The notes: generated by a model not told the origin, from the sequence alone. Shown: positions 37,437-50,400, numbered from the stretch's first letter. The stretch: 54,988 bases of DNA from a virus (IMGVR_UViG_3300012940_000004:1-54988); one strand, 5' to 3'. Made by a program: numbers and translations.

Positions 37437-37481
37437 AGAAGAAACGGGCGGGGCCGAATGGAAGGCCTTCGACCCCGCCCG
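37437..37481 (-). terminator. Intrinsic terminator after the capsid operon
   Basis: CGGGCGGGGTCGAA / TTCGGCCCCGCCCG then TTTCTTCT on - strand. Confidence 0.8.
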
Positions 37482-37492
37482 CATTATCCCGT

Positions 37493-37645
37493 TTACGCGC
37501 CCGGCGGAACGGGTGCGCCTCCCCCAGAGGCGCTCTCCGGGGCAGCGCCGCCCGCTGCACCGCCCTCGGAGGCTCCCTCCAGCGCGTCGAGCGCAGCGCC
37601 CGACAGCTGGTTGATCTGGCGAAGAATCTCGATGAGCTCAGGCAT
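37493..37645 (-). CDS. Small Gly/Ala-rich protein (50 aa), not in ORF track
   Basis: TAAGGAGG RBS; MPELIEILRQINQLSGAALDALEG...PVPPGA; between capsid stop and terminator. Confidence 0.75.
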   Translation of the reverse strand: MPELIEILRQINQLSGAALDALEGASEGGAAGGAAPESASGGGAPVPPGA

Positions 37646-37657
37646 TCGAGATCCTCC

Positions 37658-39319
37658 TTACAGGATTCGCTTGAACACCGCCGTGCCGTCCGTGACAGAC
37701 GCGCCGATGTCCTTGTTGGTGATGGACGGCTGAGAGGCAGCCGTGGTACCTGCCGTGGTGACCTGCCAGAGCGAGGTCGGCGAGGCGAACTTTCGGATGT
37801 CTCCGAGGCTGACCGCCGTGCTGTTCGCGCGAGCCGTCGCCGAAGCGAGAATCGCGGTCACGATGCCGGAGAGCTCCGCCGCATCCACCGGGTTGTTGCC
37901 GGGGATGTTCGGGTCGCTCTTCGAGCGGTCGCCCGCCTGCTGAACCGGGAGGCTCGGGTCGAGGTGACCCGCCGCCGTGAACGGCGCGGTGTACCACGTC
38001 GGTCGCGAGGGGTTGACATCCGGACCCGAGAGCGGGTACTGCGACGGGTAGGTACCCATCTGCGACCGAGCTGCCGAAACGAGAGCGGCGACGCGGTTGA
38101 ACGAATCGTTGACCGGCGTGTAGTCCACGTCAGTCGTACCGTTGCCGTCGAGATCGGAGGGCAGGAAGATCGGCACGATACCCTCGGACATCTGATCGAT
38201 GACCCAGGCGTCATACGAGAAGTCCTGCACGTAGGCAGTTCCCTTGAAGCGAATGCCGCCGTCCTCGGATCGCTTGTCCGCGAAGAACTCGTGGACCTGA
38301 GCCGCGTTCCGGTAGGCCGCGAGCGCCGACACGGTCTTGAGCGTTCGGTTGGTCGCCGTCCCCACGCCGGTCAGCGTCGGATTCGGGTCGATGTTGTTGT
38401 TCGCATCGACGAAAACCTTCGGCATGAACTCCGGGTGGATCTTGATGACCTTCCAGCCACCGCGCAGCGTCCCGAGGAACGACGGACCGTTCGCACCGGA
38501 AACATCCGCGTTCTTGTAGATGTCGAATCCGGCATCCACGTAAGTACCCTGCTTGATGTACTGATCGCGGAAGACGAGCTCCATCGCCGTGGTGATGAAG
38601 ATGAACCGCTCGCTGTTCGAGAAGTTCGAGTCCCACCAGTTCTCGCTGAACATCAGCGTGAGCTGGTCGATCGTCTTGAGCGGATCGGTCGCATCCCACT
38701 CCATGCCCTTGATGGTGGCGAAGGAGGGCTGCATCTCGTTGTCGTAGTCCTCGCCCGGCTCGGCGATCCACTTGTAGTCCGCCTGATTGCCGGTGCAGGC
38801 AATCCGGTGAACGTTCGCCGTGACAGGGCCGTAGGTGTCGACGCCCGTGACGCGAGGAACGAGCTTGCCCGACATGCGACCGAGGACGATGGCGAGGAGA
38901 ATGTACTTGTCGTGGTCACGAATGACCGTCGTCGACATCTTCCGAGCCAGGTACTCCTGCTCGAGGTTCTTGATCGGCGTGAACTTCGCCTGCTCCTCGA
39001 GCACGATGTAGCCGAAGCTGCGCCGACGCGACGTCGAGTAGTAGCGCCACTCGATCGGCGGGATGCCGTTCTTCCACTCGCTGGTGAACTCCGACCCCGA
39101 GTAGAGGTCGTTACCGATGCGGCTGATCTCCGCGTCCACGATGTAGTCGTCGACGTGGATGTCCGGCACGGCGATGACGCGCGAGTTGTTGAAGCTGCCC
39201 GCGTCGAGCTCATTGCCATTGAAGACACCCGTCAGCGGCGACGCGATCCGCAGATACTTGTGCAGAACCATCTGATGCTGAGTGAGGGTGTCCTTCTGAA
39301 CCGGGGGCTGAGTACCCAT
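37658..39319 (-). CDS. Major capsid protein with C-terminal accessory domain
   Basis: Follows portal, own TATAAT box, extreme codon bias, followed by terminator; fold not verified. Confidence 0.7.
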   Translation of the reverse strand: MGTQPPVQKDTLTQHQMVLHKYLRIASPLTGVFNGNELDAGSFNNSRVIAVPDIHVDDYIVDAEISRIGNDLYSGSEFTSEWKNGIPPIEWRYYSTSRRRSFGYIVLEEQAKFTPIKNLEQEYLARKMSTTVIRDHDKYILLAIVLGRMSGKLVPRVTGVDTYGPVTANVHRIACTGNQADYKWIAEPGEDYDNEMQPSFATIKGMEWDATDPLKTIDQLTLMFSENWWDSNFSNSERFIFITTAMELVFRDQYIKQGTYVDAGFDIYKNADVSGANGPSFLGTLRGGWKVIKIHPEFMPKVFVDANNNIDPNPTLTGVGTATNRTLKTVSALAAYRNAAQVHEFFADKRSEDGGIRFKGTAYVQDFSYDAWVIDQMSEGIVPIFLPSDLDGNGTTDVDYTPVNDSFNRVAALVSAARSQMGTYPSQYPLSGPDVNPSRPTWYTAPFTAAGHLDPSLPVQQAGDRSKSDPNIPGNNPVDAAELSGIVTAILASATARANSTAVSLGDIRKFASPTSLWQVTTAGTTAASQPSITNKDIGASVTDGTAVFKRIL

Positions 39320-39364
39320 TCGAAGGTTCCTTTCTTGGTTGAGGACACCTGTGCGTCCAAGAGT

Positions 39365-39370
39365 ATTATA
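39365..39370 (-). promoter_or_regulatory. -10 element TATAAT for the capsid gene
   Basis: caccc-TATAAT-ac about 46 nt upstream of the ATG. Confidence 0.6.
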
Positions 39371-39396
39371 GGGTGACTACCCCGCGTCCCGGTGGA

Positions 39397-41403
39397 TCAC
39401 GCGGCGGGACTGGCCTCCAGTGCCGCGGATGGATCGATTTGCACCCCAAGCCGCCCCGCGAGGTCGCGAAGGATCGAGCCCATCAAGGACTGCTGTTCCT
39501 GCAACGTTGCAATGGACTGCGTCACACCCTCGACACTTGCGACTATCTCAGACTGTGCACCCGAGATTGCACTCTCGAGTTCATTCGCACGCTCATCGAA
39601 GGCGCGCGAGGCATCCGTTCGACCAGTGCTGAACAGCTGTTCGAGCTCACGACTGTGGTTCGACCCAGACAGTGAGATGATCTTCTGAATGATGAACTGA
39701 ATCGTCGCATTCGCACGAGCGATCATCTGGGGGTCGCCGCCCGCCGCAATCGCGCCCATCGACTGTGTGAGAGATACGAAGACCTGATTCAGGATTCGTA
39801 GTTGCTTCTCATCTTCAAGCTCTGCGAGTGATCCAGGGACTACCTTGACGTAGTAGGGAACCGCCAGTTCCGCAAAGTCCGCCTTGAGCTCACCATTCTT
39901 GAGACCACTGCCGTCCGCAGGGACTACCTCAGTGATCCCGGTCTCGGGATCAGTCCGAGTGTATTCCTCGTGGACGAAGGCCTCGGGCGGCATTCCTGCA
40001 TTGATCAGCTGCTTTCGGGCCTCGGCAGTTGGCGTGAGCTTCTTGATGCTCTTCAATTCCTGGAAGTAGATCGTCGTAGCATAGCTCACGTACTGCGAGA
40101 AGAACGCTTCCATCGCCTTCTGGTAGTTGTTGATCGTAACATCAACAAGCTGTTGCTGCGCCTCGACACCCTGCGGTGTCTGGCTCATCATGCCACCAGT
40201 AGACTGGGCCGCCATCTGCTGATCGGTAGCGCCGACCAGTTGTGCCATGTTGCCAGAGTTCTGTGTCGAGATCTGGCTGAACATGAGCAGTGCCTGCGTG
40301 CTAATCTCGAAGGGTTCGATCTTCGCATTCGGGTTTGGAATCTGCGTGTACTTACCGGGTGCGATGTTCGGCAGCGCATTGACGACACCATACCCGATGA
40401 TGGGCGGTTCAATGTTCAGTCGCCACAGCTTGAGCGCACCGTTCATGAACCAGTCCTGGAACTCCTGTCGGCCATAGATCAGAGACAGGAGTGAGCGTCC
40501 GAACGGCTGCTCGCCGTCGTACTCGGGGATGAAGAAGAATACCGGGTGCCGCTTGAGCGGATCCTTATTCTTCTCGATACGGAGGAGATACCGAGTCTGT
40601 GCTGCCCATGTCAGGAACGGTGCACCGCTGTCACTGTACCAGGTAATGACCTCATACGCCTCGGGATTGACTCGGTGCTTGTGTGACTGTGTATCAGTGT
40701 GTTCACGCTGAATCGGTGCAGTCTGAAGGAGTGACTTGAGAGCTGCCACATCCCAACCGGGTGCGTTAGTCCTGATGAGATTATGAATCTCACCGCGAGT
40801 CAGATAGCGTCGAATGAAGACAGACGGTGCGCGTCGGACGTCCTTGACACCTGGCTCTGGAAAGACATCTCGGTAGTTGATGTTATCGTACTGAATGTAC
40901 CATGTCCCGAGCGCATCCTGGAGCAGGGTGGGAATGACACAGTCAAACCCGAGCGCTCCACCGCGTACCATCGTGGCGTACAGCTGCTGCTGCATGTAGT
41001 TGCTGTATTCGTCATCCCGAATGATCTTGCTCTTGACGATGTAAGTCGGGATAACCCCGCCGATCTGGTCATCATCAAACATGCTCGTTACCGTGACGTT
41101 CGGGGTGTGCTGCACGACTGCGCGGGCGATTCGACGAATAAAGCCTGCTGCATCACCAGAGCTGACATTCGGGAAATCAGCTCGAGGATTTACAACGCTA
41201 GCGTCTGCGATCTTCTCGTACTTCCAGTAGTTCGCGACACGCGCGTCCATCTCGCGCTTGAAGTAATCGTACTTCCGCTGGAATGCTTGTGCGCACGGAC
41301 TGAGTCCGTCTGTACGCAGAGTACCGTCTCGCGGCTCGATCGCGTAGCGCGTGTACCAGTCCTCGAAGGTTTCAACCTTGTCGAACTCCCCCTTTACTGC
41401 CAT
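39397..41403 (-). CDS. Portal protein
   Basis: 668 aa upstream of capsid; VFPEPG, PFGRSLL, TPQGVE features typical of podovirus portals. Confidence 0.7.
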   Translation of the reverse strand: MAVKGEFDKVETFEDWYTRYAIEPRDGTLRTDGLSPCAQAFQRKYDYFKREMDARVANYWKYEKIADASVVNPRADFPNVSSGDAAGFIRRIARAVVQHTPNVTVTSMFDDDQIGGVIPTYIVKSKIIRDDEYSNYMQQQLYATMVRGGALGFDCVIPTLLQDALGTWYIQYDNINYRDVFPEPGVKDVRRAPSVFIRRYLTRGEIHNLIRTNAPGWDVAALKSLLQTAPIQREHTDTQSHKHRVNPEAYEVITWYSDSGAPFLTWAAQTRYLLRIEKNKDPLKRHPVFFFIPEYDGEQPFGRSLLSLIYGRQEFQDWFMNGALKLWRLNIEPPIIGYGVVNALPNIAPGKYTQIPNPNAKIEPFEISTQALLMFSQISTQNSGNMAQLVGATDQQMAAQSTGGMMSQTPQGVEAQQQLVDVTINNYQKAMEAFFSQYVSYATTIYFQELKSIKKLTPTAEARKQLINAGMPPEAFVHEEYTRTDPETGITEVVPADGSGLKNGELKADFAELAVPYYVKVVPGSLAELEDEKQLRILNQVFVSLTQSMGAIAAGGDPQMIARANATIQFIIQKIISLSGSNHSRELEQLFSTGRTDASRAFDERANELESAISGAQSEIVASVEGVTQSIATLQEQQSLMGSILRDLAGRLGVQIDPSAALEASPAA

Positions 41404-44400
41404 TGGTTTAGCCTTCCTCGCTCACTGGAGAATCTAGTACGTCGGACCTCGGAACGACGAATGTTCGGTTCGTTCGCGTACACAGCCGGAACGATGTCAA
41501 TATACGGGTTCTTCATGTCATTCTGGAACGGCATGAACGTCCAGTTAGCGTAGTCTGAGCTGCCGCCACTGCCGCCACCATAGTACCGATAATACCCTGC
41601 ACCGTCACGGTCGTAGGATGCTCCCTTGATAGCGTCTGCAACGTCCTTACCGACCTGCGTGATTGCTTTGAGAATGTCCTCATCGGTCGGATTGGCAGTG
41701 GTTGCATTGACCTTCTCGAGACTGCGCTGACCTGTGTTAACATTACCGACCTCGTCGACGGAGTTGAGCCGGATATCAACACCCAGGTTCCCGATAGCGT
41801 CGCCCGCGCCGGAACCAGAGTACGCATTGAGCGGTGCCTGACCAAAGAAGTTGTAGAGCTCGCCTCGCGAGATACCCGTTGCCCACGGCTTGCCATCAGG
41901 CCCGATGACCCACGTCGTGTTCAACTGACGATAAGTTGTGTTCTCTTGGTACGGGATTTGCCCCTCGTGCGAGTTCTTACTCCAGATGACATCGAAGAGC
42001 GGCGTGGCCCAGGGATTGTCGTCAGAGCCCCACAGGATGTCACTCCATCGCTTGTCGGCTTCCTCGGTCGTGAGCCCCAGGTCAAACGAGTCCTGATAGC
42101 TCTCAGTCATGAGCCGCCGCTGAACCTCGAGTCGCTGATCGAATGTCAGGTAGATGTTATCGAGGACGTGCGAGTCATCGGAGATGTACCCTGCGTGGAT
42201 GCTCTTGAGGAAGGCTTCTGCACCATCAATAGTCAGAGTCTCGTTGTTACCGTTCCACTCTGACAGAATGAAGGCAGTGGCTTCCTCGACAGACGTTGCC
42301 TGCTTGTCGATACTGAACTCACGCGGTGCCATATTGTACCGCCACAGAGTATTCTGACTATCGAAACCAGTGAAGAGGCTAGCGAAGAATGCCAAGGTTG
42401 CTCGTCGCTCACCGTACTGGCGGAGCTGTCCGAAGAGATCATCCCGGCCCGCAGTCCCCAGGGCAGCGTTACCTTCAGAGTCGAGGTACTCGTTCAGTGC
42501 CGTCGTCTCCATCGGCTGATCAAGGTTGTCTCGCTGGATAATTCCATCGGCATCGACGTCCTGCAGTACCCAGGGGTCACGGTCATACTTGTCAGCAGCC
42601 GTGTAGATGCTGTTAATGAACGCATTCTCGAAGAGGTTCCGTTCCAGTCGAGCAATTGCATCGAGCGTGAACTGTGTCGCGTAGGCAAGGATCGTCTCGT
42701 CTGCGCCATTCTCAGCTGCTTCCTCGGCATCCATCGCCTTCTGGAAGAGCATTGTAGCAGTCTGTTCGGTATCGTGCCACGACATCGAGCTGACAAGTGG
42801 CATCGAGCCAATGGCGTCCTCGAAGCCCCAGAATACGTGATTAAAGTTTCCAGTATTGGCGAAGTTCGAGATTCCAATGATCGGGCTGATAAACTGCTTC
42901 AGTGTCCAGTGCAACTCAGCAGGCGAGTGTGTTTCACCAGTCTCGGGATCAACGACTCGGAACATCTGCTCGAGACCTGGAATACCATCCAGGTAGATTG
43001 CGTCTGCATTTCGCCAGTCGTTCTGGAAGTCGCGCGGATCGTAAACATGACCGACCCCGAGCATTTCCTCGCGACGGCGACGCTTCTTATCCTCATCGTC
43101 CCCGCCCGCGAGTCCGCCGAGCACCATGCCGAGTGCAGCGAGCGACGTATGTGTCATGCCTGCACGGATGAACAGATCTGCAAAGTTCACGCTCTCGAGG
43201 GTTGCACCGAGGTAATCGATACCGTGCGTTCGAGCATCGTAGCTCCGACTGTCACCCGACAGCCACGCCTGAACGCGACCCCAACTTGACCCACTAGTCC
43301 TACCCTGGAGTGCAAGCGCGAGCATACCATCCAGCGCTTGCAGACCAAGCATGTTCGTTGCAACATTGAAGAAGTAGTTCTGGAAAGCAAATGGGATCTT
43401 GAGGAACAGGTTACTCGGAATATTGACAAACGGGCTATTGTGCCTCGCGAGTGGATCGATGAAGCTGCGTGCTGCCAGACTGAACGAGGTTGCCTTAATA
43501 GTCCGTGCATTCGCTAGCGAGTTCAGTGCCGTCTGGTATGCAATGGGATGCTCCGCCCTAAAGCGCTGGGGGTTCCGTGCTAGCAGCGTCAGAGCGTCAT
43601 CGAGCGTGCGTCCATTCTCGGATCCGATAGCATCGAAGTACTTAACAACCGCACCGACGACTCGTTGTGATGCAGCACGCTGTGTGATACCATAGCTCGG
43701 ATCTTGCATCTTACCGAAGGCGCGAACCATCCGCTCAGTCCACCGTTCGAATCGACCACCCATGTGTGGCTGATCCTGATACAGCTCCGATTGAATCATC
43801 GAGATCGCTGTCGGGTTACCTGCAAACGATGTCACCGTGTCGTTGATGTGAACGAGCGTATCCAGACTGAGTGACGGTTCAACGTTGCCCGACAAAGTAC
43901 GGGCAACGGTCGAGAAGCCTGTCTTACCCGCACGAATACGATCATTGATCGTTCGAAGCTTCAATCCGAGTGCCGAGGACGATCGACCTTCCAGGAGCAT
44001 TACGGCGTTCTCGAGCGTGTTACGAACACCCGTTTCCATTGGTGCAGAGATGAACAGCCACGGGTGGAACATACCGTTTGCCAGTCGGAGGTTCATGAAG
44101 ATGCGCATCAGCGAGTTAGTGGTCGCCTCGTTGGTGCGGAGCACGTGACCACGCTCATTGATCTGTTGTCCAGACAGGTACGAGTCTGCGAGTCGACGAT
44201 CAGCCAACCACTTCTTCTGCCGTGCCTTTGCCTTGACGAGCTCGTCCTTTCCGAGATACGAGCGCGCGTATCGACCCTGAGTCAGCGTTCCGCCGAAGAC
44301 GTCAGAGATTCGCATATCGACCTCGGACTCCAGAGGCAGCACCTTCAAGAACTGACGATGGTTCTTATCGAGCGACAGAACGATATTGTTGAAGTCAGGA

Positions 44401-47400
44401 TCGAGGAGTTGCAGTCGCGTCAGAGGATCGGTCGAGAGCGGCAGCGTACCACCACCATCGAACGCTGCCTGATACGTGTGCATGAAGCCGTCGACAGCAT
44501 TCTGGTTCAGGCTACTGAATTCGCTGAGCAGCATCTCGCCGAGTGCAGCCTCGTAGAAGTACTCACGCAGAGCAGGGCCGTCCAGGGTGCGGGGGTCGAA
44601 TTGCTTAGGCCGTGCCAGCTCTCCCGTTGCCTGACCCCACGGCATCGGGTCGGGAATGAAGCCCTGACCGTTGCTCCGCTGCCAGGCCTCGATGAACATG
44701 TCAACCTCATCGAGCGCCATACTGGGAACATCGGCCTTCCACGTTGGGAAGCGCCCCGCTGCCAGATTGGTCTCGATTGCAATGAGTGCATCCATTGCAG
44801 CCTTGAAGGACACGTGTCCATACTCCGCCTGGGTCGGTTGCGCATCGCGCTCCTTCGGACGCCAGAGCCAGCGGCGAATCCAGCCGTGAACGACATCACG
44901 ATTGTCGAGGCGCAGTCCGTACCGAGTGAAGAGTCGATCCACACGCTCGTTGAACTCGGTGCGAGTCTCGTCAGTCCAGCCGCGCTCCTCGCCTTCCATG
45001 TCGAAGGTCGCGGAGAACGCCGCCACATTGTATGCACCGAGCTGCTGATGGAGAACCTCGGCAGGTGTCAGGAGCCCTGCCTTGGTCATCGGCGGGACGT
45101 ACCGGTCATTGAGCCCCTGGAAGACTGCAGACAGTCCCTCAACAGTCGAGAGCTTGTTCGGCGACCCTGCCAGGTAGTCTTCGAACGACCACAGTCGAGG
45201 ATCATGACCCGCATCCATGCCATACAGTGCAAGGATGGCCATGTTCCGAAGCGTCTGACTCGCGCGCTGCTTGCTCGACGTCTCGAACGCCTGACCGAAG
45301 ATCGCACCGTTGTCGGATCCCGTAGAGTGCGCTTCCTTGAAGGAGAACAGCCCCTCGCGTTTCGGCTGGCCTGGCGTGTAGATCTCCATCATGAAGTCAT
45401 CAGGTCGCAGGTAGTACCCTTCGGGGCCGTCCGGCGTCTCTCTGAAGGGCAGTCGTGCATTGAGCCGCTTGAAGAACCACTCATTGAGCGGCGACCCAAT
45501 CGGTGCTTCGGCAAAGAGATTAGTGAAGAGCTCCGGCATCGAGACGATGGTGTTCGCAGCACGAACACCAGGTGTCGACATGATGCGATCCACTTCGGCA
45601 CCTGGTGTACCCAGATAGATCAGAGCTGCAAGCGTCACTTGATACTCTGGCGTGACACTCACATTCGCCTGCGACTCCAGTTGCTCACGTGTCTGGTCTG
45701 GGAGCGCAGTGAGGAGTGCCTGGATGTTCGCGGGTACTTGAGTGTAGTTGCCTGCCAGTGCACTAATGTTCGCCTGTGCCGTGATCGGCGAGATAGTGGA
45801 GCTCCGCCACGCATTCCGGTACGAGTCGAGGATATCTACGACTCGCGAATTGATGTCCTGGAATGCTTCGGGGCGTCCGGTATCTCGCTGCGCAATTGCG
45901 CGATCCCACTCTTCCTGCGTCGTTCCGAGGAGAATCTTTGCGTAGGCTTCGACAGGCTCGAATCCGAGTTGCGTGATCGCGGTTGCAGCATTGTCGATCG
46001 CCTCGCCCTCCTTGCTGACATGATCCGCATACGAGATAATGTACGACAGCGGAATGTCTTCGGCGATCTGAAGGTCAGTAATGTCACTACCGGAATTCCG
46101 CAGATCATTGGCTGCGATCTTGATGCCGTCATCCGTGAAGATCATCTTGTCGGACAGAGCACTGAGCGGAACTCGCAACTGTGCGACCAGACCGGTAGAC
46201 GCAATATCCCACGATGCGACGCGGCCCTCGTAGAATGTGGGTGCGTCATCGACCTTGTTCGAATAGATGGCAATGCCACCACGGTGACCGAGTGGTCCCG
46301 GCTCTGCCAGCTGAGTCGCGAGCATGTTGCCGTTGTCTTCGGTCTCAAAGGGTCGATACCCGTGACGAACGATGACCACCTGATTGTTGTTGTCGACCAA
46401 GAAGATGAAGTCACCGAACTTAAGAACGTCGGCAGTATCGTCCTCAGCAGTCGTCTTCGGGAGACCAGTGATCCGGCTCGTGTTGGCGACTGCGCGCTCC
46501 ATGAAGGGCCGCAGTTCCTCCTTGACTCTATTGACGGAGCCGCCGCTCGACATGACAGTGAGCTTTGCCAAGTGTTCGAGCCAGGCTTCTGACGTTGCCG
46601 GATCTGCGAAGTTGTCCAGGTATGCATTAACAGCTGCGACACTCTTCGGAGTACCCGGTCGCTGGAATCCAGGGATGGCTGCCGAGTGGACGAGCGTCTT
46701 CCCGATCCAGACCTCGCGTCCGCGCAACCGCTCAGGCTGTCGAACAAAGGCAGCACTCTCACCTTCCAGTGTAACGTCTGCAAAGACACCGACCATTCGG
46801 CGAGTACTGCGTCGCGTGACAGACAGCAGTGCAGACTCTCGTGCGAGAGCGGTCTGATAGCTCGTCCGAGGATCGCGCAGCATCCACACACCGTGACGCA
46901 GAATGAAGCGGCCCGAGTCTTTGAGCTCGCGCTCGACGTCTACGATTCGAGCAGCGCTCGTTGCTGGACCATAGAGTCGGACACGGTATCCCTCATTCAA
47001 CAGCGTCTCGACCATCGTGTACCGGAAGAGCGGCTGATCGGGATCGATCATGACCTCGTCACCCGGAATCGGGTTGGCACCAGACGCCTGGCCCAGCCGA
47101 GCAGCGTTCCAGTGCATGTCGTCCAGGCTCCGCATGTAGCCAGACTCGGGGCCGCGCTGCCCGCCGAGCTCCAGGATCCACGCGGTCCACGGGGCCGAGA
47201 TGCTCAGGGCACGGCTACCCTCAACCAGATCCTGAGCAGCATCGAGCGCCTTCTGCAGGTGCGTTCGCGTCTCGCTGGTCAGGCCCGCTGCCTCGGGCTG
47301 ATCCAGTGCCAGCGTTGAGAGTGACGGCGCTTGTGCGCTGTTGTACTCGGCATCCAGGACAGTTTGGTAGTTTCGAGTCACCTGCTCACGCAGCTGATCA

Positions 47401-50400
47401 GCGATTCTCGCACGGTTCTGGATACCGCCCTCGAGCTGCGTCTGAGACCAGCGATCCAGAATCGCGCTGTATCGCCGCAGTTCGCGGTTGCTCGCGAGTC
47501 GTTGCGGACGGCTCGTGCGTAGGAAGCTGCCCTTGGCAAACAGCGAGTTCCGAATAGCTTCCACCGGAGTCGGAATTTCAGCTTGGAACAGGCCTGGCAT
47601 GTGCCGCCGCAGGAGCTCCTGATCCCACGTTCCAGTCCAGTTATCCCACGTCTGAATCCTGTTAGAGAACTGTGTCGAATCCATGTTGAACTCGATACCG
47701 GCCTCGCCCTGCTCACCGAGCAGCGTCGCCAGGAAGTCAAACGGAATCGTCAGAACCTGCGCATCACGAAGATTGCCCTCGTCAGGCAGCGTGCCGGGGT
47801 TCTGCTTCTGCCAATTGATAATCTCCTCAGCAGACCAGACATGAACATTGTCGTTCAGATCAACTGTCCGCACGACCGTTTGAATGAGGAACTGCTTCCG
47901 GATACGGTTTCGGTCCCGAGGACTGATCAGGGTTGCGTCCTGATTGGTCTGCATGATCTGCGCCGTCTTGTACTCGATCGTGGCAGCCATGTTGAGTGCG
48001 TTCTCTGTGACCTGCACGTCAGTTCGCGAAGGCAGCGTCGGGTTAATGAGGGCTGCCTTCTGCTTCTTGAGCGCGTCCAGAGCGCGACGAGATCCGAGTT
48101 GCGTCTGACCCGCATTCTGTTGGTCAGCCGCGATAATACCAATGCCCGGCTGTCCACCACCGACACCTGCAACACCATCGAAGTAGATGTTGTTCGCCCA
48201 CTCGAGTCCGAGTGGCCTGTCGTCAGGGTGGAAGAACTCCACCGAGATGGTAAGGTCTGCCAGCTTCAGATCAGCGTAACCAGCAGCTTTCAGTGCCGTG
48301 GTCAATTGTCCGAGGCTCAGAACGCGATACCCTGAGTTCCGAGTCTCCGGCCACGCGTTCGCCAAGAACGTCGGCTTGACTGCAGTAGCAAACAGGTCGA
48401 TCGGCGTACCTGCCGGATCGAGTACTTGTAGCGCCTTGACGAATCGGCCCTCGAGCGTTGCGAGCCGGTCAGTGATACCGCCGAAGTCCCGCTGTCGCTC
48501 ACGATCCGCATCGGTCAGTGGGACCGGATTGGCCTTGGCGTCAGTACTGACGAGGTCGCCACTGTTGAACGTATACGTGCGCGTCGGCTGGCCGTCTGGT
48601 GACGCAAACGTGTAGCGAGTTGCGGTCGCGAGTGTGATGTTGTTCTCAGGATTCGACCCGTACATCGTAATCGCGAGCGGCGCAGACGACTGAAGCGCCC
48701 GGTTCTTACCGTTCAGAATCTGCTGAATGATCGTACTCGAGAACGGTCCGAGCGGGTACTCCTCATTCTTGAAGAGCTCACGCTCGATGGTCTCCACCAG
48801 GTTCTGAACGCCTGCACCAGGTGGGATCGAGTCATTGAGATCCGTAAAGAGCTCTGTCGCCGCGTCCCAAAGGTGGTAGTCATCGTTGGCAGGTGAGGCG
48901 AAGCTATAGAGGAACGACCAGTCACCGAGGAACATCTCGAAGTCCGGATCATCGATAGCCATCGTCGCACGCGCTTCAGGCGACTTGGTCGTCTGCCCCG
49001 TACCCGCGCCGAGCTTGTAGACGATCAGCGCGCGAGACAAGGCCTCCCAGTTCTTCTTGTCCTCTTCCTCGTTCTGGGATGTTGGATACGGATCGGTCGG
49101 TCCGAGTGCGGTTGCCAGGAAGCTCCGAGCACGATCTGCGTCGGGGCCTTGGACGAAGTTCCAGAAGTACCCACGCTGTTTTGCTTCATTCCAGATTCGA
49201 AGCTTGGCATCGTGTACCAGTGCAGGATCATCCGGAATTACGTACTGTGCGACGAGTACCTGACCGGCAGACTCGCCCATGAGCAGCTCACGGTATCGAC
49301 GCTGCTCTTCTTCCTTCTGTACTCGCGCTGGACCAGAGAGTCCGATGAGCTGATCGAGGAACGTCGCATTGATAATGTTCCGAATCGTTCCAGCAACCGT
49401 CCGCTGCATTGGAGTCAGCGATTTGTCATCGGGGTCTGCGAGCGTCGGGCGAGGCTGCAGTCGCTTCAGGAGCGTGCGAACGTCGGCACGGCGACTGGCT
49501 GGCACCTGTGCAAGCGCTCGAAGGATTCGACCCGCAGACTCGATCGCGTCATCGACCCACTGTCGATAGTCTGCCTCGTTCAAGGGAGCCGTCGCGCCGC
49601 TCGTTCGTGCTGCGAAGATCTTCAGCGCCAGCATCAGTGCAGCGTCATCATCCGTCTTAGCATTGACCAGCGAAACGAACTTTGCCAGGTCAGAGAACGA
49701 GTTGCTTCCGAGAATGGCACGCAGGTCTGCCGGATCCGCGACAATGCTGTGCAGGCTCTGATCGGTCAGGCCCTGCAGCGCGGAGCGCCCCTCCTCAGTT
49801 GACGGATCGAAGGCAGTCGGTCCGAGTGCAGCCATGAGCATCGGACGCATTGCGCGATCCTTGTAGAGCTCAGTGACCAGATCGACCGTCAGTCCAGGCC
49901 ACTCGACGGGCGTGCCGTCACGGAGCCAGAACTGCATGGGATCGAGCAGCCGGTCGGGTCGCGCGAAGGCATCCTTCTCACTGATGCTCGTCCAGGCGGC
50001 CATGAGCTGTGCGAGAGGCGTGCCCCACGAGGCCTGCTCCAGCATGACGGCCTGACCGATACCCTCGGTACCCTTTGCCGCGCCCGCCTTGTCCGCCTCG
50101 GAGCCGACAAACCCGATCGCCATGCTGAGCAGGGAGTTGATCATGGTACGCGGGCCTGCCCCAGTCGGCAACTTCCGTGCACGATCAATCGCTCGCTGAG
50201 TTAGCAGTCGTGCCTCGGCATCGCCATTCAGCAGCTTGGTCGCGAACTCTTCGCTCTTGGCTTCATTTGCCAGCGTCGCGTCGAGCAGCTCGGCGGAGCG
50301 CGCGATCTGTTCCCGCATTGCGCGAATGTTCTCGCGGAGTTCCGATTGCGATCCAGCCGGTCGCCAACCACCCTGAGAGAAGCTTGCATCGAATGCAACC

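Noticed and set aside
44064-46592. 842-aa + strand ORF (also 37964-39376, 52875-54215, and 7080-8393 on -)
   Set aside because: Antisense shadows of strongly GC3-biased real genes; no RBS or recognisable motifs
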